DNA from: a virus | Lineage: Duplodnaviria; Caudoviricetes | Strand: one strand, 5' to 3' | Length of the DNA stretch: 28,835 nucleotides | Virus record (IMG/VR): IMGVR_UViG_3300017913_000891 | Location: 1 to 28,835 of that record | Part shown: piece by piece, positions 1-9,363 of the stretch | Layout of the letters: every line of letters begins with the position of its first letter | How positions within the stretch are numbered: position 1 is the first letter of the stretch | Program-made: the position numbers and the translations under genes | The notes under the pieces: model-generated | Database searches by the model: none | What the model saw: only the letters and a program-made list of their open reading frames with translations | Told to the model about the DNA's origin: nothing

Positions 1-1255
1 AAATCCACATGCACGAATGCTACTTGTTCGTAGGTCTACAGAAGAGCTTAGAGAACTTATATCTGTAAGTAAGCAGCTTTATCCTCAGGCCATCCCTGGA
101 ATTAAGTTTATGGAGAGGGACAAGACTTGGGTAGCACCCAACGGTGCAACACTCTGGATGTCTTACCTTGACCGTGACGATGACGTTATGAGATACCAAG
201 GTCAAGCCTTTAACTGGATTGGCTTTGACGAACTCACACAGTGGCCTAGCCCCTATGCCTGGAACTATATGAGGTCACGTCTACGTGCTACAAAAGCCAG
301 TGGATTACCTCTCTACATGAGAGCAACATCAAACCCAGGTGGCCCAGGTCATCAGTGGGTAAAGAAACACTTCATTGATCCTAGTATTCCAGACAAACCT
401 TTCTGGGCGACAGATGAACATGGTGAAGTAATATGTTGGCCTAAGGGTCACAGTCGAGAGGGTGAGCCTCTATTTAAACGTAAGTTTATTCCTGCCACTC
501 TCTTTGACAACCCTTATCTATCTGAGGATGGAATGTATGAAGCCAACCTATTATCTTTGCCTGAACATCAGCGAAGACAGTTGCTTGAAGGTGACTGGGA
601 CATTAACGAAGGAGCAGCTTTCCCAGAGTTTAACAGACGCATACACGTTGTTGAACCATTCGACATACCAAGTAACTGGGTTCGTTTCAGAGCTTGTGAC
701 TATGGCTATGGTTCCTATACTGGTGTAGTCTGGTTTGCAGTTGTTCCAGGATCTGAACAGCTAATTGTGTACAGAGAGCTGTATGTATCTAAGATAATAG
801 CCACTGATTTGGCTGACATGATCCTGGACATTGAACAAGAGGAGAAGATCAGGTATGGAGTTCTTGACTCTTCTCTTTGGCATAATCGTGGTGATACTGG
901 CCCTAGCCTTGCTGAACAGATGATTATGAGAGGTTGTCGATGGAGACCAGCAGACAGATCAAAAGGTTCTCGTGTAGCAGGTAAGAATGAACTACACAGA
1001 CGTTTACAGATAGATGAGTTTACAGAGGAACCAAGACTTGTCATATTTTCTAATTGCACTCATCTTATATCTCAGCTTCCCTCTATTCCTCTAGATAAAA
1101 GAAACCCTGAGGACGTAGACACAAACTCTGAAGATCACTTGTATGATGCTCTAAGATATGGTGTAATGACAAGGCCAAGAAGTAACATATTTGATTTTGA
1201 TCCCTCCTCACAGAGAAGTGGCTTTCAGGCTTCAGACCCCACATTTGGTTATTAA
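1..1255 (+). CDS. terL: Terminase large subunit (5'-truncated by window edge)
   Basis: The frame is open from base 2, so the ATG at 17 is probably internal. Walker B 'WIGFDE', motif III/coupling region 'ATSNPGG', RNase H-like nuclease motifs 'ACDYG' and 'DHLYDALRY'. Walker A is not in the window. Lies directly upstream of the portal. Confidence 0.95.
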   Translation, partial: NPHARMLLVRRSTEELRELISVSKQLYPQAIPGIKFMERDKTWVAPNGATLWMSYLDRDDDVMRYQGQAFNWIGFDELTQWPSPYAWNYMRSRLRATKASGLPLYMRATSNPGGPGHQWVKKHFIDPSIPDKPFWATDEHGEVICWPKGHSREGEPLFKRKFIPATLFDNPYLSEDGMYEANLLSLPEHQRRQLLEGDWDINEGAAFPEFNRRIHVVEPFDIPSNWVRFRACDYGYGSYTGVVWFAVVPGSEQLIVYRELYVSKIIATDLADMILDIEQEEKIRYGVLDSSLWHNRGDTGPSLAEQMIMRGCRWRPADRSKGSRVAGKNELHRRLQIDEFTEEPRLVIFSNCTHLISQLPSIPLDKRNPEDVDTNSEDHLYDALRYGVMTRPRSNIFDFDPSSQRSGFQASDPTFGY

Positions 1256-1264
1256 GGAATCCCT

Positions 1265-3397
1265 ATGGAAGAAGATGACATTTTTGAATCAGACGAATTG
1301 TCTATTGATGAGGCAACGTCCTCCTACGCAGATGATATATCTGAAGAAGAAGTCTTTAGTGACCCAACTGTAGGAACTATTGTAGGCTTCGTAGAAGATC
1401 GTTACAGTAAAGCTGAGAAAGCTAGATACACAGACGAACAAAGATGGATTAAAGCATACCAAAACTACAGAGGTATCTACGGTCCTGATGTACAATTTAC
1501 GTCTACAGAAAAGTCTCGTGTATTTGTTAAAGTTACTAAGACCAAAGTTTTAGCAGCATACGGTCAGATGGTAGACGTTCTGTTTGGTTCTCACAAGTTT
1601 CCTATCAGCATCAATCCTACTAGACTTCCTGATGGAATTGCAGAAGCTGTACACTTTGAAGCTAACCCACAGCTAAAACAAGCAGCAGGTCAAGCACCTG
1701 AGATGTCACCAGAAGACACAAAGTTAAGACCTGGTGAAACAATTATTGATCTACGTGAACGTCTAGGTGGTCTTAAAACTAAACTAGAACCTGTGATGGA
1801 TGATCTTAAAGAAGGTCCAGGTACTACACCTACACAGCCTACTTTCCATCCTGCTATGGTAGCAGCTAAGAAGATGGAAAAGAAAATTCATGATCAGTTA
1901 GAAGAATCTAACGCAAGCAAGCAACTACGTAATACAGCCTTTGAGACTGCTCTCTTTGGTACAGGTATTATGAAGGGGCCATTTGCTCTAGATAAAGAGT
2001 ACCCTAACTGGGATGATGAGGGGAACTACTCCCCTATGTATAAAACTATTCCACAGACTTCATCTGTAAGTATCTGGAACTTCTACCCTGATCCAGATGC
2101 TAACAACATGGATGAAGCAGAATACGTTGTAGAACGTCATAAGATGTCTCGTTCTCAAATGAGAGGTCTAAAGAACAGACCTTTCTTTAGAGCTAACGCT
2201 ATTGATCTTGCAGTAGAACTTGGAGAATCCTACACTAAAGAGTGGTGGGAACAAGTTATGGAAGATGCAGACCAAGAAACTAGAGCAGAAAGATATTCTG
2301 TTCTAGAGTTCTGGGGATACGTAGACGTAGACATTTTAAAAGATCATGATGTAGACATTCCAAAAGAATTAAAAGATCAAGATCAAGTTTCAGTAAATAT
2401 CTGGATCTGTAATGGTCAAGTTCTACGTCTTGTAATGAATCCTTTTACTCCTGCTATCCTTCCATACTATGCTGTCCCATACGAAGTAAATCCTTACTCA
2501 TTCTTTGGGGTAGGTATAGCAGAGAATATGGATGATACACAGACCCTAATGAATGGGTTTATGCGTATGAGTGTAGATAATGCTGCACTTTCAGGTAATT
2601 TGCTTATTGAAGTAGATGAAACAAACCTAGCTCCTGGGCAAGACCTTTCTATCTACCCAGGCAAAGTCCTACGCAGAATGGGGGGAGCACCTGGACAGGC
2701 CATCTTTGGCACCAAGTTCCCCAATGTAAGTAACGAGAACATGCAGATGTTCGACAAGGCAAGGCAACTATCAGATGAATCAACTGGCTTCCCTTCCTTC
2801 GCACATGGTCAGACAGGCGTATCAGGAGTTGGTCGTACTGCCTCTGGTATTTCTATGCTTATGTCTGCTGCCAACGGTAGCATTAGGACTGTCGTAAAGA
2901 ATATTGATGACTACTTACTTGGTCCACTAGCTAAAGCATTCTTCAGCTTCAACATGCAGTTTGACTTTGATCCTGAGATTAAGGGTGACCTAGAAGTTAA
3001 AGCTGAAGGTACAAACTCGTTGATGGCTAACGAAGTACGTAGCCAACGTCTAATGCAGTTCTTGGGTGTTGTACAGAATCCAGCACTTGCACCATTTGCT
3101 AAAATGGATTATATTATCAGAGAGATTGCTAACTCAATGGATCTTGATCCTGATAAAGTAGCAAACGACATGAAAGATGCAGCAATCCAAGCTGAGATCC
3201 TCAAGAAGTTCCAAGAAGCTAATCCACCCCCTACACCACCTCAGGCACCACCAGGAGCAGCACCACAAGGTGCAGTACCTGCAGGAGCACAGGCACAGGA
3301 CACACAGGGTTCTGGTGGAGGTCAGATAGGCACAGGCAGTGCCCCTACTCCAGGTGAACCAGGGTTCTCAGCCAACACAGGACAAGGGCAAGGATGA
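1265..3397 (+). CDS. Portal (head-to-tail connector) protein, 710 aa, with Pro/Ala/Gly/Gln-rich C-terminal tail
   Basis: Position after terL, size, P22-portal-like segments ('FYPDPDA', 'PYSFFGVGIAE', 'RTASGISMLM'), AAGGA RBS upstream. Confidence 0.88.
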   Translation: MEEDDIFESDELSIDEATSSYADDISEEEVFSDPTVGTIVGFVEDRYSKAEKARYTDEQRWIKAYQNYRGIYGPDVQFTSTEKSRVFVKVTKTKVLAAYGQMVDVLFGSHKFPISINPTRLPDGIAEAVHFEANPQLKQAAGQAPEMSPEDTKLRPGETIIDLRERLGGLKTKLEPVMDDLKEGPGTTPTQPTFHPAMVAAKKMEKKIHDQLEESNASKQLRNTAFETALFGTGIMKGPFALDKEYPNWDDEGNYSPMYKTIPQTSSVSIWNFYPDPDANNMDEAEYVVERHKMSRSQMRGLKNRPFFRANAIDLAVELGESYTKEWWEQVMEDADQETRAERYSVLEFWGYVDVDILKDHDVDIPKELKDQDQVSVNIWICNGQVLRLVMNPFTPAILPYYAVPYEVNPYSFFGVGIAENMDDTQTLMNGFMRMSVDNAALSGNLLIEVDETNLAPGQDLSIYPGKVLRRMGGAPGQAIFGTKFPNVSNENMQMFDKARQLSDESTGFPSFAHGQTGVSGVGRTASGISMLMSAANGSIRTVVKNIDDYLLGPLAKAFFSFNMQFDFDPEIKGDLEVKAEGTNSLMANEVRSQRLMQFLGVVQNPALAPFAKMDYIIREIANSMDLDPDKVANDMKDAAIQAEILKKFQEANPPPTPPQAPPGAAPQGAVPAGAQAQDTQGSGGGQIGTGSAPTPGEPGFSANTGQGQG

Positions 3398-3582
3398 GCC
3401 TTAAACTACTCGTAAATAATAAAGACATATGGGAAGCATTCCTGGAAGAGATGGACGCTAAAATTGAACGTGCCCATGTCCAGATGGAACAGACTACAAC
3501 ACCAGAAGACTTTTACAGGTTGCAAGGACATGTGGCCTGTCTTCGTAGGTTGAAAAGACTTAGGGAAGAAGTAAATGGATAA
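3394..3582 (+). CDS. Small helical phage protein following the portal (62 aa)
   Basis: ATGA overlap with the portal stop and overlap with the next start. 'YRLQG..LRRL' pattern typical of small post-portal podovirus ORFs. Confidence 0.7.
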   Translation: MSLKLLVNNKDIWEAFLEEMDAKIERAHVQMEQTTTPEDFYRLQGHVACLRRLKRLREEVNG

Positions 3583-6500
3583 TAAATTTACAGAAAGAGA
3601 AAATTACATTTTACGTAATTCTGTAAATACTGGATGGTTTCTTGAAGCTATAGATCAAAATAATCCTTTACATCCTGAAGAAGGTGCTGCTCATACAGAA
3701 AGCTATGAGTTAAATGGTCAAAATATTTTAGTACCTAGAGTAAGAATTAAAAATGGTAAAGCAGTATTAAATAAAGAAAATGCTTTAGATGAAGCTTTAG
3801 AAAAAGGTGACTACATTGTAGTTCCTGAAGGAGAAGACCCAGACCAATACTCTAAAGATCTAAGTAAGTTAATTGGTAAGTTTAGGGGTTTTAATGAGGG
3901 TGGTATGGCTGATAAAACAGTACAAGACGTATACGAAGAAGATCCACTGGCACTAGCCAGAGCCTATGGTGTAGAACCTGTTGACCTTGATGAAACTGTA
4001 GAGTCATTTAAGGATGTAGGTCAGTTTGCTTTAGAGAGTCTTCCTGGTGTAGGTACAGCCTTTACTGTTGCAGAGATTGAAGACGAACTTAAGAAAGAAG
4101 AACCTAACTACGTCAAGATTGGTATGCTCGTAGGAACAGAGGCTATTGGATTGATCCCTGGTCTTGGTACTGCAGCTAAGAACATGATACGTAAAGGTGC
4201 TGACATGGCTCGTCAAACAGACGAAGTTATGGATGTAGCAAGTAATATTCCTAAGGTATCACGTACCAGTAACGTTGATAAAGAAAAAGCTTTGGCTATG
4301 ATTGAAAGCCAAGAGTTAAGGAATGCTTGGGTTAGTAATAAAAGAAAAGAACTAGGCATTTCAGATACTGATAAAGACTACTCTTCAAGAGATCTCGTAT
4401 CAAAACAAGAAGTAAAAAGAAGACAGACTAGAAAATTTCCAGAACAAATCAAAGCTCTTGAAGAAGACAGAATGTCTGGACCAGAGTACAGACGATATAT
4501 TCGTGAAAACCAACCTGCTACAAAATTTACAAAAGAAGATGTTGAAGGTATGCTTACCTCTTTTGAGGATATGGTTGGTGGTCTTGATGCACTGGGTCAG
4601 AATAAAGCTTCAAAAGGTATTATTGGTTTAACAGAGGATGTTGAAGTAGGTTCAGAGGTTGCAGCTAGATTAGATATCCCTGCATATAACAAGAGAGATA
4701 TTTGGGTTGCACAGATTACTGGTGCAGGAAAAAATATGTATGGTCGAACTGCTGTTCTTAAAGACGTTAAGTTTTACATTGAAGGTAAAGACCCTGTACG
4801 TAAAAATGAAAAAATGCGTAAAGTTGGTAAAGGGGAGGTAGATAAACAACCCTTTGCTACTATGAAAGGTAAATGGCAAGGTTTATCTGATGATGAAGCT
4901 TTTGAAAAAGCTCTTTCTTTAATGGACGATCCTGAATGGATTCAAGTAGGTTTTAACCCAGAGCGTCATAGCTTCTTTTATGATAAAGATACCATGATGC
5001 CTGTATTTGAAGCAGAAGAAGTAATTCAAGTTGGCCCTCTTGTACTAGCTAAAAAAGCTAAACTAGGTGATAAAAGAATTGATCCTGAGACAGGTAAAGA
5101 ATCTTCTTATGTTCCTGCAGAAAGAATTAAAAAGATAAGAGAACTTAAAATAGAAGATAAACCAGGAAAGCCTACAGTTTTTAACAAAGGTGGTGAAGTT
5201 ATGAATATGCAGAAACAGATGTCGTTGTTTGAGTATGGTGGTGTTGCAGATGATGGCATGAAGAAAGATCCTGTCTCTGGTAACGATATCCCTCCTGGTT
5301 CACTAGCTAAAGAAGTCAGAGATGATATTCCTGCAATGTTATCTGAAGGTGAGTACGTAGTCCCTGCTGATGTTCTTAGGTACTATGGAGTCAACTTCTT
5401 TGAGAACTTACGTAATAAAGCCAAGACAGGCTTGCAGTCTATGGAACAGAATGGTAGAATTGGTGGTGAGCCTCTTACTCCACAGCAGATCCAACAGAAC
5501 ATGAGTGGTGCTCCACAGGCTGGTGCTCCTGCTCCTACGCCTGTACAAGCTAACGCAGGTGTTCTTACAATGCCTGATGAGTACATGCAGCAAGCACAAC
5601 AATTAGGTGGCAGTAGTTTTGATCCTTCAGACTGGGCTACAGTTGGTGGATCTGTTTTTGATAAAGCTAGTACTCAAGGTGATAGCATCACTAGAACTGA
5701 AACATACGTAAACGCAGAAACTGGTGATAGACGTATTGTTCAATTTGTTTCATCTGCAGGATCTACTAAGATTGTTCCTGCTTCTGATGAACAGTACACA
5801 AAGCCACCTTACTATGTACAGGGTTCTTCAGCCCTAAAGAAAGCACAGAAGGAACAACAACCTACTGTTGGTGACGATGGTGGTACAACACCTTCACCTA
5901 CAACACCTACCTCAGGAAACGAGTTTGAACAGTGGGGTCAAGATGTAGATTGGACAGATCCTCTAGCTTACGCAAAAACACTTGAAGTAAGTAAGATGGA
6001 AAAGCTTGGTGGAATAGGTACTGCCCTTGCAGGTGCAGCCCTTGGTCCTGCAGGAATGCTTGGAGCAGGATTAGCACAGACTGGAATGGGTCTGCAAAAA
6101 ATATCTGATCTACGTGCAGCAGCCATTATTGCTAGAGCACAAGGTATGGAAGACCAGGCAAAGCAGATTGATGATGCAGTAAAAGATTATATTTCACAGT
6201 CTAACGAAGCTGTTAAATTCCTAAAAGACATTGTTGCAGATGGTAATAAAAAAGCTGAGACTACAATGAATAGACTAGGATTACTCTTTGATAAGGACAA
6301 AAAAGGTAACTTTATATTTAAAGATACAGAGACTAATAAGAAAAGAACTGCCCTCCTGACAGGGGATGATGATGATCCACCTTTATTTGCTCTAGCAGAA
6401 GCAGCTAAAGAAGCAGACAAAGATGTGGACACACAAGTTACTCTTGATGATTCTGGAAATGTTTCAGAAGTTACTACGACAGGTGGTACTGAGGAACAAC

Positions 6501-6583
6501 AACAAACAATGCAGGACTATGTTACATCTGCAGCAGCAGGTAACAAAGGTGGTCTAATGACTAAGGCTAAAAAGAAAAAATAA
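3575..6583 (+). CDS. Large modular putative internal virion protein, 1002 aa
   Basis: Long ORF between portal and scaffold. Contains 'DDIPAMLSEGEYVVPA' (a motif I recognise from phage virion/tape-measure-like proteins), a Gly/Ala hydrophobic stretch (GGIGTALAGAALGPAGMLGAG) and repeated xNxGG motifs. No Cys. Confidence 0.6.
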   Translation: MDNKFTERENYILRNSVNTGWFLEAIDQNNPLHPEEGAAHTESYELNGQNILVPRVRIKNGKAVLNKENALDEALEKGDYIVVPEGEDPDQYSKDLSKLIGKFRGFNEGGMADKTVQDVYEEDPLALARAYGVEPVDLDETVESFKDVGQFALESLPGVGTAFTVAEIEDELKKEEPNYVKIGMLVGTEAIGLIPGLGTAAKNMIRKGADMARQTDEVMDVASNIPKVSRTSNVDKEKALAMIESQELRNAWVSNKRKELGISDTDKDYSSRDLVSKQEVKRRQTRKFPEQIKALEEDRMSGPEYRRYIRENQPATKFTKEDVEGMLTSFEDMVGGLDALGQNKASKGIIGLTEDVEVGSEVAARLDIPAYNKRDIWVAQITGAGKNMYGRTAVLKDVKFYIEGKDPVRKNEKMRKVGKGEVDKQPFATMKGKWQGLSDDEAFEKALSLMDDPEWIQVGFNPERHSFFYDKDTMMPVFEAEEVIQVGPLVLAKKAKLGDKRIDPETGKESSYVPAERIKKIRELKIEDKPGKPTVFNKGGEVMNMQKQMSLFEYGGVADDGMKKDPVSGNDIPPGSLAKEVRDDIPAMLSEGEYVVPADVLRYYGVNFFENLRNKAKTGLQSMEQNGRIGGEPLTPQQIQQNMSGAPQAGAPAPTPVQANAGVLTMPDEYMQQAQQLGGSSFDPSDWATVGGSVFDKASTQGDSITRTETYVNAETGDRRIVQFVSSAGSTKIVPASDEQYTKPPYYVQGSSALKKAQKEQQPTVGDDGGTTPSPTTPTSGNEFEQWGQDVDWTDPLAYAKTLEVSKMEKLGGIGTALAGAALGPAGMLGAGLAQTGMGLQKISDLRAAAIIARAQGMEDQAKQIDDAVKDYISQSNEAVKFLKDIVADGNKKAETTMNRLGLLFDKDKKGNFIFKDTETNKKRTALLTGDDDDPPLFALAEAAKEADKDVDTQVTLDDSGNVSEVTTTGGTEEQQQTMQDYVTSAAAGNKGGLMTKAKKKK

Positions 6584-6586
6584 TAA

Positions 6587-6614
6587 GGCTACCCAGGGAA
6601 TCAACCCTGGCCCC
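6587..6614 (+). ncRNA. Hairpin with CUAC/CC internal loop in the scaffold mRNA leader (putative cis-regulatory RNA)
   Basis: GG-CTAC-CCAGGG-aatcaa-CCCTGG-CC-CC, just upstream of the AAGGA RBS and ATG 6632. The same internal loop recurs three times at 7633-7755. Confidence 0.55.
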
Positions 6615-6631
6615 AACATAAGGAATATACT

Positions 6632-7585
6632 ATGCCTGAACTAAATACTATGGAATCCCCTAAGACAGCAGGGTTTGTTCAACGTGGGTCTAACTACGCA
6701 CGTAAACAAAAACGTATGGAAGAAGAAGAAAAAGAGATTGCAAGATTAGAGGCAGAAGCTCGTGGTGAAGAAATTACTGAAAGTGAATCCAGTGGCAAAA
6801 CAACTGAGGACACCAAGGTACAAGCCACAAGTGATACCCAACAAGAAGAACAAGCATCCCAGGAAGGGGAAGCACAGGAAGACGATGCCACAGCAGGACT
6901 AAGTGCTGAAGAGAAGTCTTTCAAGAAACGTTATGGTGATCTACGCAGACACATGCAAGAGAAAGAAAAGGAATGGAATGAACGCCTTGAAGCTCTTGAA
7001 AAAGGAAAGAAGAAACAAAGTATTGTTCCTCCTAAGTCTGACGAAGACATCGAAGAGTGGGCGAAACAGTACCCAGATGTAGCAGGTATTGTTGAAAAGA
7101 TTGCTTCAGAGAAAGCAAAAGAGATGTTCAGCAAAGCTGAATCACGTCTACAAGAACTAGATGAAGCTCATAATGAAGCACTACGAATGAAAGCAGAGAA
7201 TGTTATTCGTAAATCTCATGATGACTTCGATGAGTTAAGACAATCAAATGAGTTCCACGACTGGGCAGAAGCACAGCCTAAGTGGGTTAAGGATGCTCTC
7301 TATGAAAACATGGATGACCCTGCTTCTGTGATTCGTGTGATTGATCTTTATAAAGTTGATAACGGTATGACAAATGCAGCCAAAAGAGATAATCGTAAAG
7401 CTGCAGCTTCATCTGTTACAAAAGGATCTCGTACTTCTATTGATGCCAAAGGTACATCAGGTCAGATCAAAGAGTCTGATGTAGCTAAGATGTCAGACAA
7501 GGAGTTTGAGGAACGTCAAGACGAGATAAACGAGGCCATGAGGTCTGGTAAGTTCGTCTACGATGTATCTGGTGCAGCCAGATAA
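6632..7585 (+). CDS. Capsid scaffolding protein
   Basis: Acidic, coiled-coil-rich, located directly before the capsid gene. 'FKKRYGDLRRH' and a C-terminal 'EINEAMRSGK' capsid-binding-type helix. Confidence 0.8.
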   Translation: MPELNTMESPKTAGFVQRGSNYARKQKRMEEEEKEIARLEAEARGEEITESESSGKTTEDTKVQATSDTQQEEQASQEGEAQEDDATAGLSAEEKSFKKRYGDLRRHMQEKEKEWNERLEALEKGKKKQSIVPPKSDEDIEEWAKQYPDVAGIVEKIASEKAKEMFSKAESRLQELDEAHNEALRMKAENVIRKSHDDFDELRQSNEFHDWAEAQPKWVKDALYENMDDPASVIRVIDLYKVDNGMTNAAKRDNRKAAASSVTKGSRTSIDAKGTSGQIKESDVAKMSDKEFEERQDEINEAMRSGKFVYDVSGAAR

Positions 7586-7589
7586 AAGG

Positions 7590-7617
7590 TTGACACTTTC
7601 AAAGTGTTACATATAAC
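7590..7617 (+). promoter_or_regulatory. Sigma70-type promoter for the capsid operon with an overlapping palindromic operator
   Basis: TTGACA (7590-7595), 16 bp, TATAAC (7612-7617). Perfect inverted repeat ACACTTT-C-AAAGTGT at 7593-7607. Confidence 0.65.
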
Positions 7618-7622
7618 TACGT

Positions 7623-7755
7623 GTATCTATAAGTAGAGCCTCCTTAGGGACTACCTCTACACGATACTTTTCCCTTTAAAAGTCTAAACTATGTAAAGAA
7701 CTACCTGATCTATTACAGGCCCACGTAAGTGTTACCCTGGAACGTCAGCCCCTTT
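7623..7755 (+). ncRNA. Structured 5' leader of the capsid mRNA with three YUAC/CC internal loops
   Basis: Stems GTATC/GATAC, GTAGAG/CTCTAC, TCC/GGA, CTGA/TCAG, CAGG/CCTG and CAC-GTAA-GTG (GNRA tetraloop). CC lies opposite CTAC or TTAC at three of the junctions. Confidence 0.6.
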
Positions 7756-7804
7756 CAAGGTGTTTAAGCTTTATTCATAAGCCAAATATCATGGAGGATT
7801 AATT

Positions 7805-8878
7805 ATGGCTTTTACAACAGCAAGTGGCTATGGAAATTTACCAAACGGTAATTTCTCCAGCGTCATTTATTCCAAAAAAGTACAGCTTGCTTTTAGAAAG
7901 AGCACAGTTGTAGGTGATATCACGAACTCTGATTATTTCGGAGAGATTTCTGCCCAAGGTGATACGGTCAGAATTATCAAGGAGCCTGAAATTTCAGTGT
8001 CGTCCTATGCACGTGGCACACAGATCACAGCACAAGACCTTGATGATGAAGACTTTTCTCTAGTCGTAGACAAGAGCAACTACTTCGCCTTCAAGATCGA
8101 TGATATCGAAGAAGCTCACAGTCACGCCAATTTTATGCAGTTGGCTACTGATCGTGCAGCATATCGTTTGGCTGATCAGCATGACCAAGAAGTTCTAGGT
8201 TATCTGTCAGGCTATAAGCAGTCTGCACTACACACTGCAGCAGACACAGTGAATGACCAAGTAAATGGTGATAAAGCTGTAACAACTGCAGGTTCAGACG
8301 AATTGCTTTCTTCAATGAAGCTTTCTCTTCCTAACTTCGGTAACTTGACTACAGCAGGTTCAACAGGTGACTCTATTCCTGTTGCTGCACGTCTACCAGG
8401 TGCAACAGCACTACCAACAGCTTACGTATCACCTAACATGATCGTAGCTCGTATGGCTCGTCTACTTGATCAACAACAAGTTGATAAATCAGGTAGATGG
8501 CTTGTAGTTGATCCAGTATTCATGGAAATTCTACGTGACGAAGATTCACGTCTTCTAAATGCAGATTTTGGTGAGTCAGGTGGACTACGTAATGGTCTAG
8601 TCGTCAACAACTTGCATGGCTTCAGAATCTATCAGTCTTCAAACCTACCACAAATTGGTACAGGTTCTGATACTGTAGACAATTCTGACCAAGCAGATAA
8701 CTTCGGTGTTATCGTTGGTGGTCATGATTCAGCAGTTGCTACTGCAGAGCAGATCAACAAGACTGAAACATATCGTGATCCTGACAGCTTTGCTGACATC
8801 GTTCGTGGTATGCACCTATATGGCAGAAAAATTCTAAGGCCAGAAGCCTTGGTAACTGCTAAGTATAACTTGGCGTAA
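7805..8878 (+). CDS. Major capsid protein (HK97 fold, P22/T7-like podovirus type)
   Basis: 357 aa after the scaffold with a strong GGAGG RBS. 'GDTVRI', 'FKIDDIE', 'RWLVVDP' and 'DIVRGMHLYG.K.LRPEALV' are typical of marine podovirus coat proteins. Confidence 0.92.
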   Translation: MAFTTASGYGNLPNGNFSSVIYSKKVQLAFRKSTVVGDITNSDYFGEISAQGDTVRIIKEPEISVSSYARGTQITAQDLDDEDFSLVVDKSNYFAFKIDDIEEAHSHANFMQLATDRAAYRLADQHDQEVLGYLSGYKQSALHTAADTVNDQVNGDKAVTTAGSDELLSSMKLSLPNFGNLTTAGSTGDSIPVAARLPGATALPTAYVSPNMIVARMARLLDQQQVDKSGRWLVVDPVFMEILRDEDSRLLNADFGESGGLRNGLVVNNLHGFRIYQSSNLPQIGTGSDTVDNSDQADNFGVIVGGHDSAVATAEQINKTETYRDPDSFADIVRGMHLYGRKILRPEALVTAKYNLA

Positions 8879-8892
8879 GGGAGGATTGACTT

Positions 8893-9303
8893 ATGGCTAA
8901 ATCTACTTCTTTGCTTTCAAAAGCAATCATGGTTGAAAAGCAAGTTGAACTTCCAACTTCAACTGGTACAGTAACAGGTCCAACTGTTGGAGCAGGTACT
9001 CTTGTTCTAGCAGCAGGTGTTGAGTTGATTGATGCAATGGATTCAGCAGACTACGATGTTACAGTTACTGATGGCACAACTACATTTATGGCTGCTACAG
9101 CAGTTGACAGTGGTTCTGCAGGTGACTTTGCATTCGGTACTCAAACACAGGGTATCATTGCTTCAGAAGACACCATTGACGTAACAGGTACTGCAGGTGC
9201 TGCTCCAGCAGCAACAGTGACTGCTCGTGTATGGGCAATCGTTGTTGATGTGAATGAAGCAACCAAAGGTGCAGACGAAGTTGATCGTGACTTGCTTGCA
9301 TAA
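8893..9303 (+). CDS. Putative capsid decoration/minor capsid protein
   Basis: 136 aa, beta-rich and Thr/Ala/Gly-rich, strong GGGAGG RBS. Lies between the capsid gene and the terminator, so it is likely expressed at high copy. Confidence 0.55.
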   Translation: MAKSTSLLSKAIMVEKQVELPTSTGTVTGPTVGAGTLVLAAGVELIDAMDSADYDVTVTDGTTTFMAATAVDSGSAGDFAFGTQTQGIIASEDTIDVTGTAGAAPAATVTARVWAIVVDVNEATKGADEVDRDLLA

Positions 9304-9316
9304 CTGATTTAACTTT

Positions 9317-9340
9317 AGGGGCTGGGAGACTGGCCCCTTT
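9317..9340 (+). terminator. Intrinsic terminator after the capsid/decoration genes (probably leaky)
   Basis: AGGGGCTGG-GAGA-CTGGCCCCT stem (2 G-U pairs, GNRA loop) ending in only TTT. Position is analogous to T7 Tphi. Confidence 0.7.
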
Positions 9341-9363
9341 AGGCTATCTGAAGGATTTTTGTA

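Noticed and set aside
7586-7804. tRNA or a known riboswitch in the capsid leader
   Set aside because: No cloverleaf, T-loop or riboswitch consensus that I recognise. Reported instead as an unclassified structured leader.
8870-8895. T7 10A/10B-like frameshift or read-through fusing capsid to the 136-aa ORF
   Set aside because: No obvious slippery sequence at the capsid end, and the downstream gene has its own strong GGGAGG RBS.
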